A stretch of DNA of 63,709 nucleotides, the filler included, from Choristocarpus tenellus KU-1152 (taxonomy: Eukaryota; Protista; Phaeophyceae), in assembly GCA_964200185.2 (NCBI GenBank). It is 10 parts of 10 records of this genome, joined end to end, with 100 filler letters (N's around TTAATTAATTAA, not from the genome) between each part and the next. Parts side by side here need not be neighbours in the genome. Positions count along the whole stretch, not along the records: positions 22,069 to 25,860 come from CAXNAD020017894.1; positions 25,961 to 37,011 come from CAXNAD020002541.1; positions 37,112 to 42,453 come from CAXNAD020011088.1; 7 more parts are not named here. One strand, given 5' to 3'. The position numbers and the translations under genes are program-made. Shown here piece after piece: positions 24,340 through 38,274 of this stretch (within the stretch, counting starts at the first letter, position 1; each line of letters opens with the position of its first letter). The notes beneath the pieces were generated by a model that made no database searches, was not told where the DNA came from, and saw only the letters and a program-made list of their open reading frames with translations.

Positions 24340-25791
24340 ATCTGGCTCGTTTGCAATCGTATCTTGACACTCCCGTCCCCATTACACCCCCAAAGACTTG
24401 GGATGATGTCCAGAAAACCCCGATCACTGCGTTCGCTCCCGCCCATGCTGTAAGTGTATCAGTTCGTCGACTAACGTCTTTGAAACAGGGGGAGAACAAG
24501 TCTGTTGATCAATATACTTTACGTTGCACCACAGCAATGAATCGTTTTTTGGATGATGTTCATCGCATAACGTCGTCCTCAGATGCAGTTGACACGAAAG
24601 CTTTACTTGTCGAGCAACTGAAGATAACGCCGATGGAGGATGGCTTACTCCCTGCGATTCGTCTTGAACAGATTCGGGACGAACCTGCCACCTCGTTTGC
24701 GCAAGCTCGTGACCGTGCAAAACGGCATGAAGCTAACCAAAATTCTCGTCGCGGACAGGTTCCTCATAGCGAACTCGAGCAATCACAATGAGAGTGCCAA
24801 CGGCTCCGTACGGAAGTGGAACGTCACCAAGTAGGGGAGGCAACCCTCAACAGGGCCCCAGCTCGGTCGTTGATGGGTCCACCTCTCACAGCCGGGCACA
24901 CTGACAGACCAACGCCACCACAAGACACTTTGCCCTATTCAGCCTCACTGTCCAACTCGACGTACACCATGGATCAGCAAAATAGTGTGTGCCAGTACCC
25001 AGGTTGCCAGGCAGCGACTCGTGAGGGTCACACAACCCAGTCGTGCCTGGACAATCCGCGGGGTGCTCGTTTTGCCATACTTGCGTCGTAGAGGCAGGAG
25101 TCGTGGAAGTTGTGTTCGTGTTCGTGAGGACAGTGAGTCAACACCTGGCCACTATGGTCCGCGTCCCTAGGGGTGCCCAGGTGGATTTGACTCCTGTCCA
25201 CTTGGGAACAGCCACGTTGTTGTTGTTGACACTATCGTAGGGAGTGGCAAGCGTCAGAGGTTGACACCAGTCACACCTCTTGCCCTGCAGGCATCGTTTA
25301 TTGCCTGCACGCGTGTCACTAAGCATTTTTCTTTGCTATTAGTTCAACCAAACTCGTGCAATAATAATGAAACTTGGTTCAACAGTTCTTTGTGCAGGTA
25401 CCCATCCATGCCCAAACCTTTGTCGTTTTCATCACAAAGAGTTCGTGTATCTGGCACCGTTGAAGAACAAGAGGAAAATAACTTGACAATTGACACAGCC
25501 AGTGATGTACCATGTATTTTTGAAATATTTGTTCGCAATCACCCTCAACTGAAACGTTTTGATGTGTATCCTGTCCCACCTGGTGCAATAAATCTACGTC
25601 AGCAAATGGTTCACCTTTGCATATTCATGGATTTATTCGTTTTGCACTTACACTTGGTTACACCACATTGCCAGTTGAAGCTTTAGTGATTCCCCAACTT
25701 GGTCCCGATAATATTCTGCTTGATAATAGTGTTATGCAGGCATTCGGGGCAATCCTTGATTGGCAAGAACAACGTCTTTCATTTCACAACA
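24340..25791 (+). mobile_element. Ty3/Gypsy gag-protease remnant
   Basis: TWDDVQK..AFAP..LTSLKQGENKSVDQY (gag), CQYPGC..GHTTQSC (knuckle-like), LTIDTASDV (aspartic protease-like), ILLDNSVMQAFGAILDW; frameshifted. Confidence 0.8.
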
Positions 25792-25860
25792 GACCCAAAG
25801 TATCTGGGAGGGGGGGAGGGTCTACACCAGGGTGTCCATTTGGACCAAAATCAGGAAAAG
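25792..25860 (+). mobile_element. MITE terminus (GACCCAAAGTATCT subfamily)
   Basis: GACCCAAAGTATCTGGG..GTCCATTTGG; the inverted form lies at 37195-37210. Confidence 0.7.
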
Positions 25861-25960
25861 NNNNNNNNNNNNNNNNNNNNNNNNNNNNNNNNNNNNNNNN
25901 NNNNTTAATTAATTAANNNNNNNNNNNNNNNNNNNNNNNNNNNNNNNNNNNNNNNNNNNN

Positions 25961-26118
25961 GGGGGGGGTGGTTTATGAGGGGGCGTCCGTTTCGGTCAAA
26001 CTCTTTTTTTTGCTGACATTTCAAATCCGACACGTGCGACCAAATCACACCAAAAAGTGAAAATCGAAAAAAGGGCGAAAAACGGACGCTTACATCCCCC
26101 CCCAGATACTTTGACCCC
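25961..26118. mobile_element. Nearly complete MITE (GGGTCAAAGTATCT family)
   Basis: Left (G)n..GCGTCCGTTT and right AAACGGACGC..(C)nAGATACTTTGACCC are inverted counterparts. Confidence 0.75.
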
Positions 26119-27186
26119 GAGGTAATTCCAATTTGAGCTAACCAATTGAACAAAATTTCGAAAAAAAAAAGGAATTTGAAGAAATGAGATAAAATCTTGA
26201 TTATGATTACTTCCCTCCATAGTAACAGTCACATCTGTTTCCCATTTTACTCTCAGACCTCATCTTTTTTGGTTGGCCCAGAATCATGTTTGTATGGCTT
26301 CAAGGTCCATCAGAAGGGAGGGTGATGTGGAGAGCAGAGTCGTCTGTTATCATGCCTTTCTTGCCACATATCGTTATACCCATAAGGTGCCTTGTCAGGA
26401 ATCCTGGATTCCAGGTGAGGATCTTCCGTGAGACTAAGTCCATTGAATCTCTGCAAGAGATCAATCCCACAGGTGGTGGACTTCTCTTTATTCAGAGATA
26501 CCAAGGGTCAACGATTCCCTTTGACGTCACTCTCATGATTCGCACTCTCATGAGATCCTCTCCATTCTACAGTCTTGTACTTGTCCAAACTTAACCTTGG
26601 TCACAGTTTTGTCTTGGTCCGACTGGTCCATCTTGCCCAGTGATAATCTTCACAACCCTTGCGTGAGTGAACTTCGCCGCCAGAGAATCACACAATTCAG
26701 ATTGAACACTTTTATTCCCACATTTGTTTGTAACAATATAAGTATGTTTTGACCAGGCAGGTCCGACCTATCTTTGATAAGGTTGGACTGGGAAAAATAA
26801 TAATCCAGGACCTTGAAAAATTTAAGCTGGACTGGGTTGTGCACCCCCTTAGAAATATACTTCGAATTGTATGATTTCTACATAGTATATGAAAAGAGGA
26901 CGTGTTAAGTCCCAACAGAGTTTCAACCAGATCAGCCCATATGTCGGTGGTCCTGGTGAAGTAAGTGCCTTTCTATAATAGCAGCCTAGAGTCTTGAGAG
27001 ATTTTAAGGGACCAAGTATAGGACCAGTGTGGCTTTGGCCAGTAAATTTGTGGTCCAGTAAAATTCCAGTATACGTACGTACATGAACTCAAACTTCTAA
27101 ACTGCTGTGAAAACCGTGTCGGTTATTTTGTTCATGCAATCATGAAAACCCCCAAACCCCACTAAGTGATAAAGGATAGCCAGAAA

Positions 27187-30100
27187 ATGACAAGAGCATG
27201 GGAAGTGTTCGGGGTAGCCCTTCTAATCCCGTCAGGGGTCTTATCATTTATGTGTCCTGTTTTAGAAGGTTGCGGCCGTGATAGAGGAGCAGTGCTTATG
27301 GCTGCTTTGGATTTCAGTGCATCCCCAGTCAACACTGCTGAAACTTTATCGCGTACGACCGCTGCATCCCTTGACCAGGAACCGATGAAGAAACGCATTG
27401 CACTTTTGGGCTCTACGGTTAGTTAGATCTTCCTCGAATTTTATTTGTGTTGGTTAGTTTGTGCAACCAAAATGTTAATACCAGGATCTTGCCTCAAGGT
27501 GCACTTGTGTACGTCTCAGGGCTCCATCGGAACCCAGACGCTAGACATATGTCAGGAGAGGCCGGAGCACTTCGAAGTGGTGTCTGTGGCAGCTGGATCA
27601 AATGTAAAGTTACTGGCCCAGCAAATTGTGCAATTCAGGTGAGTAAAGAAAGCGTTTTGGTCTTTGTTCATAGTCCAGGAAATATTTGAAAGCTTGCTCG
27701 GGGCGTTAATCGTTAGCACCAAACTACACTTGAAGGCTTTAAGTTATGAATTGGTCCTCCTCATTTGATTTCCCCAATACGGTGGGTTAGGTATCTACTG
27801 TGGGTGTCCCATGCGAGATAGTCTGACCATTCTTGATGTACGCATTTCAACTCTCATTCAGGCCCAAGATGGCTTCGGTGGGTGACACACAGCTGATCCC
27901 ACAACTTAAGGACCTACTGTCCGACATGGGTTTGAAAGAGGTGTGAGTGTAGTCGTCTAACTGATTTATCTACATCCTTTCCCTGACGTTATTGTCGCAA
28001 CTCCCCGATCGGGTACTATTCTTACACTGACTCGACCAGTTCCTGCAATTGATTATCTTAGGAATGCGCTTTCCACAACCCCTGGCGACCACTCTTTGCT
28101 AGATTATCAAGGCATACAATGACACTCTTCATGAATATGCTTGTTGCAGACTGAATTCCCTGATCTGGTGGGCGGGAAAGATGGAATAGTTGCTGCTGCA
28201 TGCCATGATGATGCCGACACTGTTGTTACAGGTAATATATATTTTTTCATGGAGTGGGACCTGTTTTTTGCAGGCCTACTTTGCAGTAGTCATTGTGCAA
28301 GGAAAGAATGCGAAATTAATGGAATTGTCCGAACACTTGAGTATCCTTTATATTTTTATTTTTTTACTGAGAGAATTAAAAAAGAGATCACCCCTCAGTT
28401 TCTGATACAATTTTTGGTCATTGATTGTGTCCATTTCCAGGCATTGTGGGATGTGCTGGGCTCATTCCGACAGTTGAGGCTATAAAGAAGAAAAAGACAA
28501 TTGCATTGGCAAACAAGGAGACCTTAATAGCTGGTGGCCCAGCAGTGTTGCCACTTCTCAAGGAGTACGGTGTGGACATGATACCTGCCGATTCTGAACA
28601 CTCAGCAATCTTTCAGTGCCTCCAGGTAAGTTTGAGGACAATGTGCTCTGTTGCATTTGTTTTTTCTTATTGTATTTGCACAACTCTCTTTCATAGTGCT
28701 CATGAATGTGTTGAGTCTATTTTAAATATTTCTTTGAAACAACTATTGTGTTGAAGACCATCCCATCTTCTCAGTTCTCTCCATTGTCATTTCCGCACCT
28801 AAGGGTTTCCCTCCAGGTGCCCTACGTCGAATAATCCTGACAGCATCTGGAGGAGCTTTCCGTGATTGGGATGCTCAGGATTTGGTCAAGGTACCTATTT
28901 TATTGATACACCATTGGAATATGGGAACAATATTAATAATCATGATGATAACAATAATGGAGTAGAGTACATTCTGAATGAAGAGAGATTTAAAATGAGA
29001 TAGGGATCCTAATTTTGGTTATTTCTGACTCAGTTGCAACTCCAATTCATATTGTTTTATAGTTTTATTTTGTGCCCCCATCCAAATTTGCTTTGATCTG
29101 TGTATAATGTATTGGGCACACTATTGATTCATTTATGTCAGTCAAACAAATCACCAGGATCATGGACTGGGGATGAACTGATTTAGACCCATCCATCAGT
29201 TGCAAAACCAATTATATGACACTCCATAGATTATGAACATTTAACAAAAAAATTGAGTGTGCATTTCATCAACAGTGCAGTTGTCTACCTTAATACTTTT
29301 GCAACTTCTGGTATTTCTTCTCTGGACCACATGTGTAGAAGTGTATGTACTAGGTGTACCTCCCACTCAATGCTGTAAATGCTGTACATCTCAGTATAAC
29401 CTAACCAGTTAATCAGCCACCAAAGAGGCAGTATTTTCCATGTGTTGGAAACTGGGCCACTCACAAGATATAAAACAAGATCAGTATAATTGGCTTGAGA
29501 TCTAGTTGCTTCCATTCCAGTTTTATGTCTCTGCTACCCAAGCTGGGAGATGCGACCTTAGATTTTCATTTCAAATATCCAAGAGAGCACTGACATCACA
29601 TCCAGTCTGAAATTGAATGCAGTTGAAGTTGTAGGTACTACATTGTATTAAATGATTTTAATGACAGCTGTACCTTATGTAAAGCGTGGCATTGTAAAAT
29701 GTTGATTGTGCCTGACACAACAAACTTTGCAAGGTTCACTCCCATCAAACTCACCTTACTCGTTTGTTGCACTCTGGGGTATTAGGTTGATGCATCCATT
29801 TCACAGCGAGTGGGTATTTTGATGTTATTTATTGTGCAGCAGAGTGAAGCCTTTTAAATCATTTTGGGGGCGGGGCGCCTTTGTGAAGGTGAAATCGATT
29901 GCCTGCCATTTTGTTGTGTTCATGTGTATTTTGTAGATACTTCATTATGTGCACCCCAAAGAAACTGGCTTAGGCAGATACTCTTGGCTGGTTGTATTTT
30001 GTGTCCTGCCTGCATGGTGTGGTTGCTGTTGTGTTGTCCTAAATGACAAAAGAGCAAGAGGTGTGACCTCTGTTTTTCCTTTTCCACAATAGAACCGTTT

Positions 30101-31977
30101 TAAGCAATGGAAGTCTAGGGTATAGAATGGAAGAGGGTCAGTGTGACATTAGTTTGTTGCGCATATCCACTGCTTTGTTTGAGGTAATAACTAGTAATAT
30201 CCTCCCCATTGTTACTCATTTTTTGTTTCCAGGTGACAGTGGCTGATGCTCTGAAGCACCCAAACTGGGACATGGGTGCCAAAATTACAGTTGACAGTGC
30301 AACTATGATGAACAAGGGGCTGGAAGTGATTGAAGCACACTATCTCTTTGGTTCTGACTTCGATGACATTGACATTGTGGTACATCCTGAGAGTATCATT
30401 CATTCCATGGTAAGACTGTGCTTACAAAACTTTTACCTTTCTGTGCTTTGTACTAATGAGGTCCAGATTCTGAAATTACAGTTCAAAAGTGAGTTGGTAT
30501 GCTCCATGCATGTCGAGGGTGTAACGGATACAGCTCTCTCTATGCTATGATTCTGTGCAGTGTGGAATTTCATGCCCATTTCAACTGACAAATAAAATCA
30601 CTCCTATCTGGCATTGGCAGGTTGAGGCACAGGACACAAGTGTGATTGCACAGATGGGTTGGCCAGATATGCGCTTGCCATTGCTCTACTCACTGTCTTG
30701 GCCCCATCGTGTTCGTATGTCATACTCTCAGCTTGATTTGGCGAAGTTGTGTGAGTACAAAGATTTGAGTCCATTTGATGTGTGCATGTTGGATGCCATT
30801 TGTGTGATACTGGTGATTGCTTGATTGCTGCCTCTCGTTCATTTTCATATGCTCTCCTGTAACTGTTTTGAGTCTTTTTTGTTGGTGAAGCAAGAGCTTT
30901 TGTTCAATCTACTTGTGACTTGTGCGATCTATAATAACTAACTTGTGAGTGCCGCTGGCTCACAAGCTTTACCTGTGCCAGCCCATGATGCCCACACATA
31001 TCTTTTACATAATATTTTCTGTCCTAACCTAGACACAAGTTGGTCCTCAATAGAAAAAGACTCAACCTAGTCTGCAATTTTGCTCTTGCACGCATTTCAG
31101 CCAAGTTGACTTTCAGGGAGCCGGATCGTGTCAAGTACCCTTGCATTGACCTAGCCTACGCAGCAGGGCGAGCAGGAGGGACAATGACTGCAGCAATGAA
31201 TGCTGCCAATGAGAGGGCAAATGAAATTTTCCGCCAAGGGAAAATCAAGGTGTTTCACTGGTGCAATTAAGATTCCTTTTGGTGACATTTCTTCTACAAA
31301 ATTCTTATTTTTTATGGTGAAGAACTCCTGTGTCACTTCAGGGTCTTTTTTTTCATCATTAGCTGTACAAACACTCTCTTTAGCAAGTTAAGAAAGAAAA
31401 TGAGTTTCTCTTTGACAGCAAGTTGAGAGGGAAATGACCTAGATGAGGTAGGTTGAGCGAACAAATGGGAGATACTGTCTCATTGTATTCAGTTACTTTT
31501 TGGCAACCCTTGCCACCTTGTTTGAGGTCTGCCTCATTTTCCCTATAACAACAGATGAAATGTAATCGGTGTGTACAATCCATAGTGCTTGGCACGTTCC
31601 CCTCAATGCAATCACAACATATTCTTCCTTCACCCCACTATTTTTTCTTGTTCACCAGTTTGTGGAAATACCTGAAGTGATTGAGTCTGCAATGGAGGCA
31701 CACAAAGCTGACTTTTCCTCAACTCCGTCAGTTGAAGATATCATCTATGTAAGTGGTTCCATTTCCATTCACTTTGTGTACATAAAGTAGTTAGTACACA
31801 TCATGAATGTTGCTGAATTACTACTATACTACTGTATAATATTGTGGTTGCAACATGAGCATCATATTTCATATATTTCTGACTTTTGACGTCATTCCAC
31901 ACTATACACAGGTGGATGCTGGTGCAAGAAAGGTAGTGGATGCAGCTGCAGCCAAGCTGAAAATTCTTGTTGCATAG
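27187..31977 (+). CDS. DXR: 1-deoxy-D-xylulose 5-phosphate reductoisomerase, plastid-targeted, about 464 aa, 11 exons
   Basis: Exons 27187-27417, 27520-27638, 27862-27940, 28150-28231, 28441-28625, 28804-28890, 30233-30409, 30621-30750, 31101-31249, 31659-31748, 31912-31977 total 1395 nt in frame. Motifs [74 protein letters not shown]. Confidence 0.97.
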
Positions 31978-32341
31978 AGAGAAATTTGTTCTGTAACTGG
32001 GCAGGAGAAAGAAGAGGAATTAAATGGCATGATTACTGTATGGAAGGTATATCTCCATTTGTGTTGAACTGTCTTCCAGTGACTGTTGCTTTCATGCTTT
32101 GCCTACATCTGGCATAAACTTTTTTCTTATGTACACAGAGATAATGGAGAAACACACATGCTACACATACTTTAATAGCTAACAAAGCACAGGAGTAGTG
32201 AACAAGAACAAAAAGGGACAAGAGAAGTAGAGTTATTGCTAAAATATTGGACAATATAAAAAGATAGAATCCACAATTGTCATTTTTTAAGGAGGGTTTT
32301 TATCTTTCAACCACGTCTGGGTGCTGGGTTGAGGCCCTCCC

Positions 32342-35300
32342 TCATGCATCATTTGTGTCTGTCCCCTCTCCTTTCCTGGGTTCACCCTCTGGACGCCTTA
32401 AGCATTCATCTCGCTCTGCAACTGCCAGCTCAATAAGCACATCTGCATCATGAATTGATGCTGCTGCATAAGCAAGGCAGTCAAATGTTGCTGTTGCCCC
32501 TTGCACACCTAAAAGGTCACCCTGACCACAGAGAACAAGATGACATAAGGAGGGTGCAAAATAAGTGATAGATATGATGCAACAGAACTCACTTATTCTT
32601 TCCACTTGTTTCTGTCAAAACTCGATTACTGTGTGGAATCAGTTGGAAAGTTCTACAATAATTTAATGTCTTGTTTTTTTATTTTATTTTTTGAGAGTGC
32701 CGAAAAAAAGAATATTTGATTGGCCACTATTGCTTGCTCCTGACTCCTCCTCTTCTGTATTTTCCCTCTGGTTCTTGAATATTTGTAATTATTGGAAGCA
32801 AATATTTTATCACATACAAAATGCAATGGGGGAAATTAGCCTGTAGTAACATTGTTGTAGAACAGAATAAAAATGTGAGAACATGAGTTATCTTTTTTAC
32901 ATAATGGACACTCTTCTTACTTAAGGAGTCAATGATTGGAGTGTTAACAATTGACAAAATCTGATCTATAATTGTTTCGACAAAGATCCATAAGATTCAT
33001 CATACTTTAGAGCTGTTTTACTACCTTGAGAAAGAAAATTAAACATAATTCTCATTTCTGTCCGATTTTAGGGATGTCTCCAGAGCACCAACTGGAGAAA
33101 GGTCTCACTCACCTCAGCAAGGCGCAGTACAGCCAGTGCAACATACATCAGTACATCCACACCATCCAAGAACAGCCAGTCCCAAACACGCAGCACAGCT
33201 ATTGGTGGAAGGACACGGCAGAAGAGTGAAAGCATCCAATCACAAACCAGCAATTCCAGTGGCAATCCATGACCATCCAGATGTTCCAACAGCTCTGGCA
33301 TTCGTTCACCAACAAGATCTCTGTTGTTTGGAGTGGAGCCATCATACACGGGAAATCAAGGAAATGGATTGGACAATTTTTTTTCAACTATGTATTGCTT
33401 ACATGTGCAAGTAATCCGCATTATAGCATAGCAGCCACCAACACCTCAGTCCACCAATCAGGTCTTGTTTGTAATTTGTGTGCATAATGAACACAAAAAA
33501 ATTGAGGTTGTGTGCTGCCGAGTCTTTCTTCTTGAAAGAAGAAATCCAATCATGGACTTAAGTAGGTACTGACTACATTAGGTAAACTACATAGAGGTTA
33601 GCACATTGAACCACGTGTTAAAATCATGCTGTCTGCAATTCATGTGTGTTTAATTGCCTAATCACCATTATACCTGTACCTCAACCTCTGTACGAAGGAC
33701 ATGAATACTGACTGACACAATATATATGCCCCTGCGCATTGAGACAGATTACTCCAGGCACTTATCAAGTAGTTGTACATTTATTCACAACTTACGATAC
33801 CTCACCTCAAAATGGCTAGGTCTGTCCTGGCCTTAGTTGTGTCTGATAAACCATGCCAATACTCAGGTACAACAACAGTTGAAAGTGCATCCAACAGCCA
33901 AAAGCAAAGGTCCTCACGTCCCCCCACTGTGCGAAGTAAAAATAGTGCCACGAAGTTCATTGCCTGGTTTTGAGACAGCGAAAGAGATGCAAATATTTTC
34001 AACATGAGCCCCATTGGGAAGCGGAAAAATCAAGGCAAACACAGCAATGTGCATGTGCCTAGTCCCTAGTGAATTTGTGAGACAAAATGATACACTTACT
34101 CTCACATGACCTGTGTTAGTTGCTAGAGTTTTCTTTTAACGATGTACACCTCCCCCAGCAAGAACCAAAAAATTATGTTCCAAAGAATGCATCTCCACAA
34201 AGTATCTCTGACTAGATATGCAGTAATATGAGGTTACTCAAACACTCTGGACCACTACCACTCTTACTCCGCCAAGTGTATCATGTGAATCTACATTATA
34301 TTGCAAAATACCTTTCTAACAGATAGAAATAATCAATAATACCAACTAAAGTGTTCAGTAATGTTCAAGGATGTACAAATGACAGAATGTGCTGTCTGAA
34401 AATGATCAAGAATGATTGAAATCTGCTCTTAGCTTTAACCTATAAAGCGCCGTAAAATAGATGCTCAACAGCGTCCGGTATGGACAACACAGCCAATGAA
34501 GATTCCTCAGAAAAACTCACACATCAGGAACATAAATAAATGTAATGAAACAGATCAGAGACAACATGCCAATACCCCCAAAAGTCTGCAAAATACAACA
34601 CAAGTAGTTTTGGCACAATGATGCAGATAATACCATTGTTCATAGGAATTGACACTCATCCAGTAGACAAATATTAACTTACTACTTTGATGTAGGTATT
34701 ATGTATGGCACGTTCACCTGGCAATACCCTGTGTCTGGGTGCTGCAAAGCAAACGCCTTAAGTACACGCCTGACTCTCTCCCTTTCCACACTATCCCTGA
34801 CATTAGTCCTGTTTACATCCACATCAATTGTCGGAAAGAATGCCACAGACCGGATGTAGTCCTCCTTTGACCCACCCAGCAAACACCATTCCTTTTCCCC
34901 AGTCACTCCTCCAATCTGTTTGTACTGCAAGTGAACCCCTGTGGTGTTCACCTGGTGGTAATATTTGGTTGGGTTGATTCAATTGCACAACAAAAAAAAG
35001 GCTTGTTCTAACACAGGAGGAATAATGCCAACAAGAGTATTATCATTGTGCAATGGTGTGGCAAAGCACCAACCTTCTGTGCTGCCCCTGATAGTAGCAT
35101 CCACACAGCTACCCTCAAATCTTCTATCACAGATACTGAAGCAGGCCCCTGAGGCACCAGTTCCAGATGTGGTGGGACATTTGCGTGGTGGCCAACAACC
35201 CCACTTCCAGGGCTAGCCACAGTCCCAGTTCCTCCACGAAAGGGAAACCCCAGAAATGTTCGCACCTCACCCTGCACCTCCCAATCTGCTCGCACTGCAT

Positions 35301-36156
35301 TAATTGCCAGACGGCGTAGTGTGACCTCCAAAGCTACCCGGCGATCCTCGAGAAAGTCCTTGGAGGAAATTTAATGCAGGGAACATAAAATTGCTCATCT
35401 AATGTGGATGTACAATAATCATGTTTACAAAATGGCTTAACCTCCTAAAACAGTTTTTGTTCACTTAGAGTGTACTAGAGATATCCATTTGGCATGCCAC
35501 TGATGGGACATGAGACAAGAACCTATCAGACATACTATACTTTTGTAACAGATACACTGTGATCCACTTTCTCAGTTTGGAGATCTTTTGGGACTTTGAT
35601 TTATTCTAAATAAATCTTCTCTTTCCAACAATTTGAATGTAGGCCTGTAACCTACTTCAGTTGTTAGGATTGAAATGGGTTCATTCAGCCCATTGTGTCT
35701 TGAATGATCCAAATACAACAATGGTGACAAGAATTTTCATTCAAAAACAACCCTAATCCTCACCGCCGTCATGGTGAGATGAGAAAGTGATCTCCAACTC
35801 TTTGGGGGAAGGGGTGGTGTAATAGCAGCAAATGTAGGGGGCAAATTGCTATAAAGCTCCAGGAAGTCTGAGTAGCGTCTAAGCACTGTCCAAGATTGAC
35901 CCGAATCTTGGCAGTGAACCTGGTGTAGGGAAGGTGATCAAGGACTGAGGTTGCACACCACATATTCAGACAGGAAATGATTATGTAACACACAAAGGAT
36001 AACCCTGCCGCAGTTGGTGTAACTAGTATTATCTACTAAACAGGACAGGTCATGCACATTTTATTAATAGGAAGAAGCCTCAATAGCTTAAACGGAAGTC
36101 AACCTTACCTGTAGTTGATACTCTGCACAGCACAGAAGTCCAGAGAGGCGCACTAC
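32342..36156 (-). CDS. PX-domain + TBC (Rab-GAP) protein; 5' end unresolved
   Basis: Exons 36109-36156, 35764-35919, 35074-35358, 34718-34951, 33806-33963, 33113-33320, 32342-32521. PX: WTVLRRYSDFLEL..PPLPPK..FLEDRRVALE..VRTFL. TBC: LRVAVWMLLSGA, IDVDVNRT, GYCQAMNFVA, LRVWDWLFLDG. Confidence 0.88.
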
Positions 36157-37111
36157 CTATGGGATGTAATTTTAGACAAGGCAAGAAATACAAGTTGCAC
36201 AAGTGTATCAAGCGACAAATCAATTGCAGTAAAAAAAAAGAAAGTGTTGCACGAGACTATGTCTTTAGGAACCTACATGGTGCCAAACAATCTATCTCCA
36301 AATCATCTCCCATGTATTGGAGAGAACAGCAATTGTTCGTTCCACTGTACAGTTCTTGGCATTATGATAGAGGACTTACAAAATAAAATTGTAAATATGT
36401 AAGGCACAGGACCCCTCCGCAAAACAATACTCTACTCTACTCATGAGAGAGTAGAAAAATGATCAAGAAATGAAACAGAGCATTACGGACTATGAATACA
36501 CACACAGTAGCTCTAACATGTTTGCACCATTCTTGGAGGACAGCTCATTCTATCAGAGGGAGGTCAGGGAAGGTGGTGACCTTCAATGCCATATAAGTAA
36601 GGTGTTGTACCTACAGCCTGAACCTCGGCAGCATCCCCTGTTGGGCTGTGGAATAGAGGCACTAGACAGAACATAAAAGGATGTGTAATTCCAAACTATT
36701 ATCAGCTAGGGATCCTAGCAATAAAGGAGTCGCACTTTCAAATGAACAGAAAACGTGATTGTTGAATTGGCCATACCACTGTAACATATTTAATGACAAG
36801 CACATGTAAGGATAGAAAAATAGAGCTTCAGGCTTCCATCAGCATCACCTCTACCCCTGGAATGGTTGTGCTCATATCCTCCAGGCCACTGGCTTCCTCT
36901 TCACCACCTTCAAATGCCCCCCCCCCAACTGCCCCTCCTTCTTCCCTTGACTGTGCACGTCTTGATGACATAAGAGAACTGGGAATACCTCGAATGACAA
37001 GATCAAAGCAGNNNNNNNNNNNNNNNNNNNNNNNNNNNNNNNNNNNNNNNNNNNNTTAATTAATTAANNNNNNNNNNNNNNNNNNNNNNNNNNNNNNNNN
37101 NNNNNNNNNNN

Positions 37112-37210
37112 TTTGTTGGGTGGTAAATGTAAGTGCATTTTTTCTGGTTTTGGCCCACAGGGGCCCCCTTGTGTTGCCCCCCCCCCCCCCCCCCCCAGAT
37201 ACTTTGGGTC
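37112..37210 (-). mobile_element. MITE terminus (GACCCAAAGTATCT subfamily)
   Basis: (C)nAGATACTTTGGGTC at the contig start. Confidence 0.7.
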
Positions 37211-38202
37211 AGTTAATAAACGAACCTCTGATAACATGCTTTTGGTTTTATTGGAATTGTTGTGTGAAGTTCAACCGAATGCTCTCATCCTAATGACTGA
37301 TCAAGTTTTATGCTTGCCTGACAGGAAATTAGTCTTGGCCAGCAAGTTAGAGGGGAAGATCCTCAATTTAGAGCTCCCACATGTTCATTTCATTGTACCA
37401 TTTTGATAATGCAGCAAAATATCTGTTAACCCGTTGGTCGTGTGCTGTGAATGCCACACTGAATTCTTCTGATAATATTCCCCATTCGCTGATTTAGGGA
37501 GTAATTGCATTATTGTTGATGTTGATCGATGACTCTTGTCCATGTCTGCTCCAAAAGCAATAGATGTAGATTATTCTATAAATTCCAAATATCTGCCACA
37601 TTCCACAAAATTGGCTAATATCCAAGGACGGGTCAGGTACTTGCACAAGGCTATCCGTATCTGCTTAACGGGACAGTCCTGTGCCGAGCATACGACTCCG
37701 TAGGGTTATGTTTACGAGCAGGAGAGAGGCTCTTTTGAAATATGTGTAAGGGCAGCAATCCCAAATTATTAAAACGAGCCTACTCCACAGTATGGGTCTA
37801 CCAAATCACCTCCCTGAACAAATTCCACACGATCAAGAGCACCCAATACCAGAAGAATCTGAAGCTTTTCACTATCGAGAGACCACAAAAAAAGGGCGGG
37901 TAATGATGTATGTCTACCTTCCCTTCACTGTGTTTTGTACCTCTGCATGTCACACATCCTTCTTTTTCTCTTTCTTATTTTTGTATTGTCTGGTGCGAGC
38001 ACGTTGCATGCGTTGGTGTTTTCATGACCTTCAAAACTGTTTCGAGTTTTTTTTAAAAATAATTATGCCCTCTAACATTTTACGATATTTCGACTATGAT
38101 TGCATTATGACAGTTGAAATAAAACGTGGAAATGAGTCAGTGGTTCAAACTGGTAGAATTGTAACTATATAAACATTAACGTTCCAATTCCCACAACGAT
38201 GT

Positions 38203-38274
38203 GGTCTTATGGTGTAGTCGGTAACACTTGAGACTCTGAATCTCACGCCCCGAGTTCGAGTCTCGGTAGGACCT
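38203..38274 (+). tRNA. tRNA-Gln (anticodon CTG)
   Basis: 72-nt cloverleaf GGTCTTA..TAGGACC; anticodon arm TGAGA-CTCTGAA-TCTCA; T-loop GTTCGAG; T-run downstream; TATAAA about 30 nt upstream. Confidence 0.97.

Noticed and set aside
26590-27075. Cluster of GGACC/GGTCC motifs upstream of DXR, resembling TE subterminal repeats
   Set aside because: No TIR, TSD or regular period found
36829-37011. Minus-strand Gly/Glu-rich open frame at the contig end
   Set aside because: Could be an upstream PX-TBC exon or another gene's last exon; cannot be assigned
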